From positions 8,741-72,740 of the forward strand of contig CAISET010000036.1 of NCBI GenBank assembly GCA_903884505.1: a stretch of DNA of 64,000 nucleotides, written 5' to 3'. This DNA is from an uncultured Candidatus Micrarchaeota archaeon (GTDB lineage: Archaea; Micrarchaeota; Micrarchaeia; Burarchaeales; Fermentimicrarchaeaceae). Each line of letters begins with the position of its first letter. Position 1 is the stretch's first letter. Made by a program: the position numbers and the translations under genes. This document shows positions 45,361-54,991 of this stretch, piece by piece. The notes beneath the pieces are model-generated. The model had not been told where the DNA came from and searched no databases. It saw only the letters and a list, made by a program, of their open reading frames with translations.

Positions 45361-47074
45361 GCGCCTGCATCTTGCGGGCATCAGTGTAGTAATACAAGTA
45401 GAATCGCTTGCCCCCAACGTAATACGCCAGCGCCTCCTGGGCGCCTAATCTGCTGCCGGTAAGGAAGTACTGCCTGGATGCGCCGGAAATCTCCGCCATA
45501 TTGCCGCCCAACGGGATTACAGTAACCGTTGATTTAGGGACGCCCCAGAACTCGAGCGAGAGCGCAAGCTGCTCCGCGCTCACTCCACTGGCACCGTTGA
45601 CCAAGCCGATGGAACTCACGCCCTGCTCCATGTCATTCTTGAAAAACTCCGCCAATATGCGGCCGTGGATAGGCCACGGTTCCTGCGCCGCCATTTGGGT
45701 GTAACCTTTATAGCAGGCAACAAGCTGGAAACCCAAGAGGGCAAGCAAAATCAGGAGCAGAGTATAACGCCTTTGCTTCGGCCGCAGGAAGCGGCTGGAA
45801 AAGAGCAGAGCTGCAATGATGAACACAACGCTCAGCGCGCCATAGAACACGACATTTGAGCGATAAACCATCGTATCTATCGAGTTAAAAGTGCTGGCCG
45901 CAAACCACGCAGGGAACTTCCAGACTGTCTGGCCATAGAGAGTCCCGTGCGCAGAATAAACCAACAGGACCGCGAATATGAGCGCGGCTAGGGCGGCATA
46001 TGGGCTTATGGAGCTGCGCGTTTTCCATAGCTTGTAGGCGGCCAAGACCGCCGCAATAAGGAAAAGTGGCGTAAGCTGCATCAGGTAACGCCCGAGCAGA
46101 TAGCTTGGGGTCGGCTGGTTGTAACTTGCTCTCGCCGAATGCTGGACCGAAACTGCAAGGTAGGCAACAGTAAGGACAACTACGGCTCCGAGGAACATCT
46201 TCTCCTTTGCGCTGACATCCGTTTTTTTTCGGATTGCATTGTAGACGAGAAGCGAAAACAGGCCGGCGGCCGGCGCAATCGCCAGAATAAAGTACGAGCA
46301 ATATGCGGCCGCCCACATGGCAATGCCGGCAACCGAAGGCACGACACTTTTCGCGCTTTCGCTGCCAAACGCCACCCTATACCCGAGCGCATTCAAGATT
46401 CCTATGCCGGAAAGGTGCGCATACGCAAGCCACAGCACGTACACTGCAAAAAAGCTGGCTGCAGCCGTTGCCACATCGGATAACTGCGGCTTCTTCTTCC
46501 GGTCTACGAACCACCATACGGCGAAGAGAATGGGGATGGCCGGAAGAAAGAGATACTTCGTCATGTACGCAAGGGCGCAAGCCGCCCCTAGCAGGCACCC
46601 CGAAAACCGCACGCTTCTTGGGCGGACGAATGCGAAATAAAAGGCGAAAAGGAATAGCGGCAGGAAGAGATTCTCGCTCATTATCATCTGCGGGTATACA
46701 ACATGGACGGGCAGCAATGCCGAAAGGGCAACGGGCACGAACGACAGAGGCCTGGGCAGCAAGCTTCTGCTAATCAGCCATACTGGGAATACAATCGCAG
46801 ATGCGGCCAGCACATTGATGAATAGCATCCACTCGTACCACCTATCCCCTGACAAAAAAGCAGGGCTTAATGCCAAGGAATACAGCGGAGGATAATGGAT
46901 ATCCGTGAAGAGCTGGCCGCTGAACAGCAGCCCCGCATCCTCCTTGTAGACAAGCTCGTCTCCAAAACATGTCGGGCCAGTCACGCCTACCGCATAAAAA
47001 ACAAGGTAGCACTTGACTGCGATGAGAAGCGCAAAAAGCAGGACTACCCCGCCGATTTCCCTGAATTTTTCCAT
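45320..47074 (-). CDS. GT-C fold membrane glycosyltransferase (ArnT/PMT-like)
   Basis: Early-loop CFGDELVYKED acidic motif and about 13 TM segments. Its 3' end overlaps the convergent radical SAM gene by 41 nt. Confidence 0.6.
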   Translation of the reverse strand: MEKFREIGGVVLLFALLIAVKCYLVFYAVGVTGPTCFGDELVYKEDAGLLFSGQLFTDIHYPPLYSLALSPAFLSGDRWYEWMLFINVLAASAIVFPVWLISRSLLPRPLSFVPVALSALLPVHVVYPQMIMSENLFLPLFLFAFYFAFVRPRSVRFSGCLLGAACALAYMTKYLFLPAIPILFAVWWFVDRKKKPQLSDVATAAASFFAVYVLWLAYAHLSGIGILNALGYRVAFGSESAKSVVPSVAGIAMWAAAYCSYFILAIAPAAGLFSLLVYNAIRKKTDVSAKEKMFLGAVVVLTVAYLAVSVQHSARASYNQPTPSYLLGRYLMQLTPLFLIAAVLAAYKLWKTRSSISPYAALAALIFAVLLVYSAHGTLYGQTVWKFPAWFAASTFNSIDTMVYRSNVVFYGALSVVFIIAALLFSSRFLRPKQRRYTLLLILLALLGFQLVACYKGYTQMAAQEPWPIHGRILAEFFKNDMEQGVSSIGLVNGASGVSAEQLALSLEFWGVPKSTVTVIPLGGNMAEISGASRQYFLTGSRLGAQEALAYYVGGKRFYLYYYTDARKMQAPSACATPPSPSPS

Positions 47075-47089
47075 GCGCTCACGCCACCA

Positions 47090-47097
47090 TTTTAAAA
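47090..47097. promoter_or_regulatory. TATA-like box (TTTTAAAA) in a divergent spacer
   Basis: The spacer is 51 nt. The box lies about 30 nt upstream of the ATG at 47126 and about 20 nt from the minus-strand ATG at 47074. Confidence 0.4.
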
Positions 47098-47125
47098 GGC
47101 GGCGAATTTAAACCAGTTGGAAGGT

Positions 47126-48235
47126 ATGGCAGTGAAACTTGCAATCGTTTTCGGCACAAGGCCCGAGATAATCAAGCTTTCAGAGATAATGCTGCTTTCG
47201 AAGAAGACGAAGGGGCTGGAATCCACAATCATACACACTGGCCAGCATTATGACTACAACATGAGCCAGCAGTTCATGGACGAGCTCAAGCTCCCGGAAA
47301 TAGACATTAATCTCGAGGTCGGCTCAGGCACGCACGCGCAAACCACCGGGAAGGCGATGATTGCGCTGGAGGAATGGATGCTTAAGGAGAATCCCGGGGC
47401 AGTGGTTGCGGAAGGCGACACAAACACCGTTCTCGCAGCCGCACTCGCCGCATCCAAGCTCCGCATCCCTTTCGCGCACGTTGAGGCCGGCATAAGAAGC
47501 TTCTGGAGGGGCATGCCCGAAGAGATAAACCGCGTGCTCGCGGACCAGGTCGCCGATTACTGCTTTGCGCCCACGAAAACCGCGGTGGGTAATTTGAGAA
47601 AAGAGGGGATAGCCGCAGGGAGAATCCATCTCACCGGCAACACTATTGTCGAGGCGACGCAGAGAGGCTTGGGGCTCGCGGAAGGGACGGCGATGGCGAT
47701 GCAGAAGCTGGGCTTGGAGAAAGGCGGCTTCATCATCGCAACCGCGCACAGGGAGGAGAATGTGGATTCAAGGCAGCGCTTCTCCGCGCTAATCTCCGCG
47801 CTCGCAAAGCTTCCGTTGCCAGTCATCTACCCCATCCACCCGAGGAGCAGGCGGCAGCTTGGCGAGTTCGGGCTCATGGGCGAGGTTGAGCGCTCAGGGA
47901 ACATCACGCTGACCGACCCCCTTGGCTACTTCGACTTCCTGCAGCTCTCGGCGAACTCGAAATTCATAATCACCGACTCCGGCGGAATCCAGGAGGAATG
48001 CACGGTATACAAGCGGCCCGTGCTCGTCACGAGAGACAACACGGAGAGGCCTGAAATCCTCGGAAGCTTCGGGGAGCTGGTTGGCTGCGACGAGAAGAGG
48101 ATTCTGTCGGGCGCGAGGAAGATACTAAGGAACTACGATTCGCTGATGCGCAGGCTGCGGCGTCTTCCCTCCCCATACGGGGATGGCAGGGCAAGCAGGC
48201 GCATAACAAACATCCTGGTCGGTGGAAATGGCTGA
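47126..48235 (+). CDS. wecB: UDP-N-acetylglucosamine 2-epimerase (non-hydrolysing type)
   Basis: LAIVFGTRPEIIKL, HTGQHYDYNMSQ, GDTNTVLA and DSGGIQEE. Confidence 0.85.
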   Translation: MAVKLAIVFGTRPEIIKLSEIMLLSKKTKGLESTIIHTGQHYDYNMSQQFMDELKLPEIDINLEVGSGTHAQTTGKAMIALEEWMLKENPGAVVAEGDTNTVLAAALAASKLRIPFAHVEAGIRSFWRGMPEEINRVLADQVADYCFAPTKTAVGNLRKEGIAAGRIHLTGNTIVEATQRGLGLAEGTAMAMQKLGLEKGGFIIATAHREENVDSRQRFSALISALAKLPLPVIYPIHPRSRRQLGEFGLMGEVERSGNITLTDPLGYFDFLQLSANSKFIITDSGGIQEECTVYKRPVLVTRDNTERPEILGSFGELVGCDEKRILSGARKILRNYDSLMRRLRRLPSPYGDGRASRRITNILVGGNG

Positions 48236-50798
48236 CTATTACCTCTCTGCCATCATCGCACTAATCTCAACAGCAGTGCCCGGGCTCCTTTTGATGCTGC
48301 CATTTGCGAAAAGGGCAAAAATGCAGCTTCCAGTCGCAATCGGTTTCGGCATCGCGGCAGGAATAGTGCTAGTTCCTCTTCTCGGGTTCGCCGAGTCCCT
48401 CGTTGGAGTGTCATTCACCTCCACCATAGCCATCCTCAACGTCGCCGCACTTTCGCTCATAGGCGCATTCCTCTGCATAAGGGAAAAGGTATTTTCCGAA
48501 ATGAAGCCTGCAGAAGACGCCAAGGCATTCCTCTTCGCCAATTGGCACTGGTTCGCCCTGCTTGCAATACTGCTTCTTGCCTTCTGGATGAGGTCGCTCA
48601 GCAGCCAGCCCTATATTTACGAGACCGACCCATACTTCTACCTCAGGGCAACCCAGTTCATATCCCAGGACGGTTCTATCCCTGCAACAGACAACCTTGC
48701 GTGGTATCCGGACTCCTACACCCACCGAGAGCGGCCGCTCACGAGCTACCTCACCGCAGGGTGGTACATGCTCGCCAATCCCGGAGCGGCCTTCGACAAG
48801 GAAGCGCTCTACACCGCTGCAGCCTCGTATCCTCCACTGGTTGCCGCGCTTGCGGCTTTCATGATTTTCGCAATCGTATACTTAATCTGGGGTGAGCGCT
48901 GGGGACTGGTTGCAGCCGCGCTTTTTGCATTCACCCCAGTGACGGCCGTAAAATTCGCGGCAGGGGTCGTGGAGCAGCAGCCCTGGGGAATATTCGCACT
49001 CCTCTTCTTCGCCGCAGCCTACTGCCTTTACCTGAAGAAGGGTGGGCGCCTGCACGCCGCCCTGGCATCGCTCGCGCTCCTCGCCGCTGTCCTGGGCTCG
49101 AAGCAGGACGTCTTCGCGATTTTCATATTCGCCGCATTCCTCTCCCTCCAGTCCCTGCGCGACTTCCTCTCAGGGAAGATGAAGAAGGAGTTCCTGGCCG
49201 AGAACGCAATCATCGCGGCCGGCGGCCTGATAGGCGTGCTCATGATGCTCCCCTACCGCGCCCAGGGCATCACCGGGGCCGGCGCTTTGCTGGCAGCAAT
49301 AGGCTTCAGCGCATTGCTCTTCGCAATAGCAAGATTCGACAACGCCCCCTCCAGGCGCGTATATTATCCTCTCGCGCTCGCAGCCATCGCATTCCTGGCA
49401 CTGGTTATCACTCCGGCTGGCCCGTGGCTGGCGCGCACCGCAAGCGACTACATCTTCAGCCAGGGCCTCATCTCCATAATCCCGGTCCAGGAGCAGACGC
49501 TCCGCGATGACCTGGGCTTGCAGCTCGGCACGATTGGCAGCTTCGGCCTGCCCCTCCTGATTCTAGCTGCGTCCGCAACCCTGCTCGCCTTTGCCGTAAT
49601 AGGCAGGGACTCGAAGGCGCGGCTGCTGGTGCTCGTTCTGCTTCCGCTCGCGCTGCTCGGATACATTCAGGGAAAGTTCTTCCTGCACCTCGCAACAATC
49701 CTGGCAATAGCCCTTGCCGCGCTTCTGGGCGAGGCGGAGAATTATGTGCGGCCCGCACCCAAAAAAGAGGAGAGCGCGGCGCTTGCATTCTCCGTCAATA
49801 TGGCGAGCGGCCAGGCTGAGGAAAAAACCGAACCAAAGCCGCAACGCGCCAGATACCTGCCGCTGCTCGTTCTCGCAATCGGCGTTCTCGCGGTGGCAGC
49901 GCAGGCCCTGCCCGTCCTATCCGATGTTTCTGCGGGCTTCTCCGGCAGCTACGCCTCCGAAGGCGGCGGCTGGAACTGCACGAAGCTGGCGGAAGACGGG
50001 AAATCTCTGTCCTCGAGCCTGCTCTGCTCGAAGATTGCGCCCGACTGGACCGCTGCCCTCGGCTGGCTTGCGGAGAATGGCGGAAACTCATCCGTGCTTG
50101 CGTGGTGGGATTACGGCCATTGGATAAATTACATCGGCCAAAGCCCGGCGCAGCTTCGCGGCGACCTCGCAGCGCCCGCCATGGTCGCGGATGCCGCAGT
50201 GATATATACGGTCGGCACTCCGCAGGAGCTCGCCAGCTACATGCGCGAGAGGCACATCAAATATGTAATACTAGACGCGGGGCTGTTGCAGAAATGGCAG
50301 GCAATCTCCTATATCTCCTGCTATGGGCGCAACCTGACGCAGGCGGCGTACGGCACAGGCAATACCAGCGCATGCGAGCAGGAGCTCCAGTTCGAATACC
50401 TGGTCGTCCCTCTCGAAGGCCAGTCTGCAAGCGACATCTGCGACCTCAACGGCACGCAGGCGCTGCGCGTCCGCTCCTCATTCAACCAGACCTACTGCCT
50501 TCTTCTGCCGGGGGCAGGCGCCGAAAATGTCACTGTCCTGCCAGTCTTCTTCGAGAACGGCACGCGCCTGCAGATGGGGGAGGAATACGTGGCGCAGGCA
50601 GCGATTAACGGAAGGCTCAGCGCATTGCTGCTTGCCGTCTACAACGCGAGCAGCTGGGATTACAGGCAGGGCAAGGCCTACGACTCCGTGTTCTACCAGG
50701 GGCTTCTGTTGCGCAGCCTTCCAGGCCTGAAACAAGTCTATCCCGAGCCGGGGCAGCCGGGCAGCATAGTCATCTTCGAGTTAGAAACTCCTACTTGA
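48228..50798 (+). CDS. aglB: Oligosaccharyltransferase AglB (STT3 family)
   Basis: Polytopic N-terminal half and the diagnostic WWDYGHWI motif. Its start overlaps the wecB stop. Confidence 0.85.
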   Translation: MADYYLSAIIALISTAVPGLLLMLPFAKRAKMQLPVAIGFGIAAGIVLVPLLGFAESLVGVSFTSTIAILNVAALSLIGAFLCIREKVFSEMKPAEDAKAFLFANWHWFALLAILLLAFWMRSLSSQPYIYETDPYFYLRATQFISQDGSIPATDNLAWYPDSYTHRERPLTSYLTAGWYMLANPGAAFDKEALYTAAASYPPLVAALAAFMIFAIVYLIWGERWGLVAAALFAFTPVTAVKFAAGVVEQQPWGIFALLFFAAAYCLYLKKGGRLHAALASLALLAAVLGSKQDVFAIFIFAAFLSLQSLRDFLSGKMKKEFLAENAIIAAGGLIGVLMMLPYRAQGITGAGALLAAIGFSALLFAIARFDNAPSRRVYYPLALAAIAFLALVITPAGPWLARTASDYIFSQGLISIIPVQEQTLRDDLGLQLGTIGSFGLPLLILAASATLLAFAVIGRDSKARLLVLVLLPLALLGYIQGKFFLHLATILAIALAALLGEAENYVRPAPKKEESAALAFSVNMASGQAEEKTEPKPQRARYLPLLVLAIGVLAVAAQALPVLSDVSAGFSGSYASEGGGWNCTKLAEDGKSLSSSLLCSKIAPDWTAALGWLAENGGNSSVLAWWDYGHWINYIGQSPAQLRGDLAAPAMVADAAVIYTVGTPQELASYMRERHIKYVILDAGLLQKWQAISYISCYGRNLTQAAYGTGNTSACEQELQFEYLVVPLEGQSASDICDLNGTQALRVRSSFNQTYCLLLPGAGAENVTVLPVFFENGTRLQMGEEYVAQAAINGRLSALLLAVYNASSWDYRQGKAYDSVFYQGLLLRSLPGLKQVYPEPGQPGSIVIFELETPT

Positions 50799-51426
50799 AC
50801 CCGTATTCCCCTACAAGCGGAACGAACATCACGGGCAAAATATTCTTCTGCGAGACCTTCTTCCCAATCTTCTCGACGAGCACAAGCTCCTGCCAATATG
50901 AAGGGCCGACCGGGATGAGCATCCTGCCGCCATCCTTCAGCTGTGCGATTAACGGCCCAGGGACAGAGGGCGCAGCCGCGGTCACCATTATCCCATCATA
51001 AGGCGCTTCCGGCTCCCACCCCTTCGTCCCGTCGCCGTAGGCTAATTCAACATTCCCCACTCCAAGGTCTGCCAGGTTCCTCTTCGCCAGCTCGGCTATC
51101 TCGCTCAGCCTCTCCACACTAACCACTTTCCCCTTCTCGCCCACAAGCATAGCCAATATCGCAGCCTGGTAGCCGGAGCCTGCCCCCACCTCAAGAATCT
51201 TCATCCCGGGCCTTGCATCCAGCTCCTTGCTCATCAGCGCGACTATGCTCGGCGCCGAGATGGTCTGGTCGGACCCTATCGGGAGCGGATAATCGTCGTA
51301 AGCGTGCTCGAGATAAGCGGGAGGCACGAATCTCTTCCTATCCACCTTGAGCATGGCGTCCGCCACCCTCGCGCTCGCATAACCGTACTGAAGGAGGTAT
51401 CCGACCATCTCCTCGTTGCTCTTCAT
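50791..51426 (-). CDS. pcm: Protein-L-isoaspartate O-methyltransferase
   Basis: RKRFVP, QTISAPSIVA, ILEVGAGSGYQAA and RMLIPVG. Trimmed to the ATG at 51426. Confidence 0.85.
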   Translation of the reverse strand: MKSNEEMVGYLLQYGYASARVADAMLKVDRKRFVPPAYLEHAYDDYPLPIGSDQTISAPSIVALMSKELDARPGMKILEVGAGSGYQAAILAMLVGEKGKVVSVERLSEIAELAKRNLADLGVGNVELAYGDGTKGWEPEAPYDGIMVTAAAPSVPGPLIAQLKDGGRMLIPVGPSYWQELVLVEKIGKKVSQKNILPVMFVPLVGEYGFK

Positions 51427-51444
51427 CACCCAGTAATTGCACGC

Positions 51445-51452
51445 TTTTATTC
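51445..51452 (+). promoter_or_regulatory. TATA-like box (TTTTATTC)
   Basis: Lies about 33 nt upstream of the ATG at 51485. Confidence 0.35.
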
Positions 51453-51484
51453 TTATTGCTTTCAAAGCTAGTCCAGTGGCGACG

Positions 51485-52042
51485 ATGGAAACTGTCCGCA
51501 TTCCGCAGGAGCGCATTGCAGTCCTCATAGGCGCCGGCGGAAAAATGAAGAGAATGATCGCGAAGCGCGCAGGCGTGAGGCTGCGCGTGGACGAGGAAGG
51601 GGCAGTGGAACTCACATCAAAGGACCCATACCACGAATTCCGCGCGAAGGACATCGTGAAGGCGATAGGCAGGGGCTTCAGCCCGGAGGACGCGCTGAGG
51701 CTCACCGGCGATGACTACTACCTGAGGGTTATAGACCTCAAACTGATAATGGGCAGCGAGAAGGCGCGCGAGAGGCAGAAGGCGCGCATAATCGGCGAGA
51801 ATGGGAAGGCGAAGAGGATGATTGAGGAATGCTCTGGTGCCATCGTCTCAGTCTACGGAAATACCGTCTCCCTCATCGGCCTTCTGGACGAGGTGGAGCT
51901 TGCCGCCACGGCGATAGACAAGCTGCTCGAGGGAAGAAGCCACTCAGCCGTATACACACTCCTGCAAAAGGGCAGGCACAAAATGAAGGAGGAGCGCATA
52001 GCGCACATGTGGGAGCCGGCTCCGAGGGAATCAAATGACTGA
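51485..52042 (+). CDS. Two-KH-domain RNA-binding protein (aDim2/Pno1-like)
   Basis: IAVLIGAGGKMKRMI and RIIGENGKAKRMIE (GxxG loops). Confidence 0.75.
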   Translation: METVRIPQERIAVLIGAGGKMKRMIAKRAGVRLRVDEEGAVELTSKDPYHEFRAKDIVKAIGRGFSPEDALRLTGDDYYLRVIDLKLIMGSEKARERQKARIIGENGKAKRMIEECSGAIVSVYGNTVSLIGLLDEVELAATAIDKLLEGRSHSAVYTLLQKGRHKMKEERIAHMWEPAPRESND

Positions 52043-52086
52043 CAGGATGAAGGGGGCAGTGCACTCCACGAGCGGGGTAATACCTC

Positions 52087-53724
52087 ATGGCTGACGAGAT
52101 GGCGAGCCAATTCAGGGAGCACTCGATTGCCGAGTTCTTCAAGAAGAACAGGCAGATGCTCGGCTTCTCCGGGAAGATAAGGAGCCTCACCACCCTCGTT
52201 CACGAATATGCCACAAATTCTCTTGATGCCTGCGAGGAGGCAGGCATCCTTCCTGACATAGAAGTGCAGATTGAGCAGCTTGATAACGGCCATATCAGAA
52301 TCACAGTTGAAGACAACGGGCCAGGAATCCCGAAGAAGCTCGCAGGGAAAGCCCTGGGCCAGATGCTCGCAGGCACGAAATTCCACCGCTACATGCAGCA
52401 GCGCGGGCAGCAGGGGATTGGCGCTTCGGGTGCGGGAATGTTCGCACAGATAACAACCGGCAGGCCCGTGAAGTTCAGGACCGGGACCGGCGATGGCAAG
52501 GCGTTCTCCGCGGACCTGAAGATAGACTTCAAGACCAACAAGCCGCTGCTTGAGGAAGAGGAGGAGAAGGACTCCGCGTACCGCGGGCTCTGGATACAGG
52601 CGGAGTTCGCGGAAGTGAAATACGATAAGGGCGAATATTCGCCTTTCGAATACCTGAAGCGCACCGCGCTCGCAAACCCGCACGCGCAGATTCTCTTCAT
52701 CGAGCCGACCGGCGAAAGGACGCTCTTCCCAAGGGCGTCTGACCTGATTCCGGAAAAGCCCGTTGAAATCCAGCCGCATCCCCTTGGGATAACAACCAGC
52801 GACCTCGTCGAGTTCGCGCACGCCTCGAAAGAGCGGAAGCTTTCCTCTTTCTTCGTCAACACCTTCTCGCGCTTCTCGCAGGGCAAGGTGCAGGAACTGA
52901 AGGAGGCGCTGCCCGAAGTCAGCATGGACATGCCTCCTGATGAGCTGCAGTGGGAGGATGCCGAGAAGCTCGTTAATGCATTCAAGAAGCTCAGATGGAT
53001 TTCGCCGGAAATGGACGCGCTCCGCCCAGTGGGCCCTGAGCAGGTTGCTAAGGCGCTCAAGAACATCTACAACCCGGAATTCATGGCAGTCGCGGAGAGG
53101 AAGCCGAAAGTTTTCCGCGGCGGAATACCTTTCATGGTAGAAGCGGCAGTCGCCTACGGAGGAAATGCCGGAAGGAGGAAGGCGGACGGCTCTGTCGGCG
53201 GCGACATCCTCCGCTTCGCGAACCGCGTCCCCCTTCTCTTCGATGCCGGAGGCTGCGCAATAATCGATGCCGTGAAGGGGATGGACTGGCGCAGGTACGA
53301 CATCAGGGACTTCGAGAAGGAGCCGGTCTCCGTCTTCGTGAACTTCGTTTCCGTCCACGTTCCCTACACCGGCGCGGGCAAGCAGGCAATCGCGGATGAG
53401 GAGGAAATCGTAGAGGAAATAAGGCTCGCGGTGATGGACGCCTGCCGCGACATGCAGCGCTACCTGCACGGCAAGGTCCGCGAGGCGGGCAGGGAGGCGA
53501 AGAAGAAGGCCATTCTGAAATACGTGACGCAGCTTGCGCAGGACCTGCCCCTGCTCGCGGGGAAAGGGAAGCCCAAGGAGATAGAGAAAAAGCTCCTGCA
53601 GATGATTGAGAACAAGTATTCCCAGCTAACGCTCGATGAGGCGGAGGAGGAGGCGGCGAACGGAAACGGAGTTAAGGAGGAGAAGCCCGAAACCGGTAAC
53701 GGCGATGAGGCGAAGGAGGAGTAG
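52087..53724 (+). CDS. top6B: DNA topoisomerase VI subunit B
   Basis: GHKL ATPase motifs (HEYATNSLDA, DNGPGI, GQQGIGASG) with an acidic C-terminal tail. Confidence 0.9.
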   Translation: MADEMASQFREHSIAEFFKKNRQMLGFSGKIRSLTTLVHEYATNSLDACEEAGILPDIEVQIEQLDNGHIRITVEDNGPGIPKKLAGKALGQMLAGTKFHRYMQQRGQQGIGASGAGMFAQITTGRPVKFRTGTGDGKAFSADLKIDFKTNKPLLEEEEEKDSAYRGLWIQAEFAEVKYDKGEYSPFEYLKRTALANPHAQILFIEPTGERTLFPRASDLIPEKPVEIQPHPLGITTSDLVEFAHASKERKLSSFFVNTFSRFSQGKVQELKEALPEVSMDMPPDELQWEDAEKLVNAFKKLRWISPEMDALRPVGPEQVAKALKNIYNPEFMAVAERKPKVFRGGIPFMVEAAVAYGGNAGRRKADGSVGGDILRFANRVPLLFDAGGCAIIDAVKGMDWRRYDIRDFEKEPVSVFVNFVSVHVPYTGAGKQAIADEEEIVEEIRLAVMDACRDMQRYLHGKVREAGREAKKKAILKYVTQLAQDLPLLAGKGKPKEIEKKLLQMIENKYSQLTLDEAEEEAANGNGVKEEKPETGNGDEAKEE

Positions 53725-53728
53725 GTGG

Positions 53729-54841
53729 ATGTTTATGGCAACAGGCGAAAAGAAACCGGCAACGAAAAAGCTTGAGGAGCTCGGGGAGAGCATGCTTTCC
53801 GAAGTCAACAATGGCGAGTCCCCCACATTCGAGACGCTTCTACGCTCCCGCGGCAACATCCTCTACGATGAGGCCATAGGCTGCCTTCGCCTCGGGAACA
53901 AGATGGAGCAGCGCACCTTCCTGAATGTCGCCCAGGCGCGCAAGTTCATGCAGACGGTCGCGGTCGCCGCGAAATGCAAGAAGTTCATCGAAGAGGAGTC
54001 GCACACCTCAATAAGGGGCCTGTTCTACCAGCTGAAGTATTCGCTTGGTGAAGAATTCGACGAAGAATTATTCTCGGAGCAGGAGGAGAGCAACCCTCTT
54101 ATCGAAGACCTCGAAGTCGCCCTGAAGCTGAAGCGCGAGGACCTCAACCTGAACACGGACCGCAAGGGCGTTGTCGCAGGCAGCGTGGTCCTCATGGACA
54201 AGTTCGGCGGGGAGAGTACAGAGATAGACTGCGCCAAGCAGGGGCGCAGCGGCTGGATGGTCCCCAGCGACGTTGACAACGGGATGGACTTCATCTCGGT
54301 TGACGCGGACTGGGTCCTTGTTGTTGAGAAGGATGCCTTATGGCAGAGGCTTAACGAGGACAAGTTCTGGAAGAAGGAGAACTGCGTCCTCATCACTCCG
54401 AAAGGGCAGGCCTCGCGTGGCTGCAGGCGCCTAATACGCAAGCTCGCCAACAAGAAACTCCCAGTAATCGTTTTCACGGACAACGATGCCTGGGGCTGGT
54501 ACATCTATTGGGCGATAAAGACCGGCTCCATGAACCTCGCCTACCTTGCGAACGACATCGCCACCCCCGAGGCGAAGTTCATAGGGATGACGATGCAGGA
54601 TTTGAAGGACTACGACTTCCTCAATAAGCTCACGATAAAGGCGAAGGACGTCGACGTGAAGCGCGCGGAAGAGCTCCTTTCCTACCCCTGGATCTCCATG
54701 CACAAGCCCTGGGTCGAGGAGCTGAAGACCGTCATCAAGACGAAGAGGAAGATAGAGCAGGATGCGTTGCAAGGCCCGCGCCTCTCCTTTGTCGGCGAAT
54801 ACCTGCGCGAGAAGATGGCCAAGAAGAAGTTCCTTCCCTAG
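53729..54841 (+). CDS. top6A: DNA topoisomerase VI subunit A (Spo11 family)
   Basis: IRGLFYQL (catalytic Tyr region), Toprim VLVVEKDA and FTDNDAWG. Trimmed to the ATG at 53729. Confidence 0.9.
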   Translation: MFMATGEKKPATKKLEELGESMLSEVNNGESPTFETLLRSRGNILYDEAIGCLRLGNKMEQRTFLNVAQARKFMQTVAVAAKCKKFIEEESHTSIRGLFYQLKYSLGEEFDEELFSEQEESNPLIEDLEVALKLKREDLNLNTDRKGVVAGSVVLMDKFGGESTEIDCAKQGRSGWMVPSDVDNGMDFISVDADWVLVVEKDALWQRLNEDKFWKKENCVLITPKGQASRGCRRLIRKLANKKLPVIVFTDNDAWGWYIYWAIKTGSMNLAYLANDIATPEAKFIGMTMQDLKDYDFLNKLTIKAKDVDVKRAEELLSYPWISMHKPWVEELKTVIKTKRKIEQDALQGPRLSFVGEYLREKMAKKKFLP

Positions 54842-54850
54842 GAGAAGGCA

Positions 54851-54858
54851 TTTTAAAA
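54851..54858 (+). promoter_or_regulatory. TATA box (TTTTAAAA) for tRNA-Asn
   Basis: Lies 29 nt upstream of the tRNA 5' end. Confidence 0.45.
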
Positions 54859-54886
54859 CTCATTACCCTAAACTTCCACCCTACGG

Positions 54887-54959
54887 GCCCCGATAGCTCA
54901 GCCGGTAGAGCGACTCGCTGTTAACGAGTAGGTCGTCGGTTCGAATCCGACTCGGGGCG
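54887..54959 (+). tRNA. tRNA-Asn (anticodon GUU)
   Basis: GCCCCGATAGCTCAGCCGGTAGAGCGACTCGCTGTTAACGAGTAGGTCGTCGGTTCGAATCCGACTCGGGGCG, with anticodon loop CTGTTAA. CCA is not encoded. Confidence 0.9.
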
Positions 54960-54964
54960 TGCTA

Positions 54965-54970
54965 TTTTTT
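54965..54970 (+). terminator. Oligo-T tract after tRNA-Asn
   Basis: TTTTTT lies 6 nt after the tRNA. Confidence 0.4.
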
Positions 54971-54991
54971 AACTCGGACAGAGGCGCATTC

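Noticed and set aside
51427-51705. Upstream extension of the pcm ORF, and the TTG at 51437 as a start for the KH-protein ORF
   Set aside because: The extensions run through the divergent AT-rich promoter spacer and overlap each other. The conserved protein sequences begin at 51426 (minus) and 51485 (plus).
51853-53469. 538-aa minus-strand ORF
   Set aside because: It is entirely antisense to top6B, which has clear GHKL motifs. It has no motifs of its own and is a high-G+C artefact.
53636-53728. Poly-Arg N-terminal extension of the top6A ORF (MRRRRRRR...)
   Set aside because: It overlaps the acidic tail coding region of top6B in another frame. The ATG at 53729, just after the top6B stop, gives a normal Top6A N-terminus.
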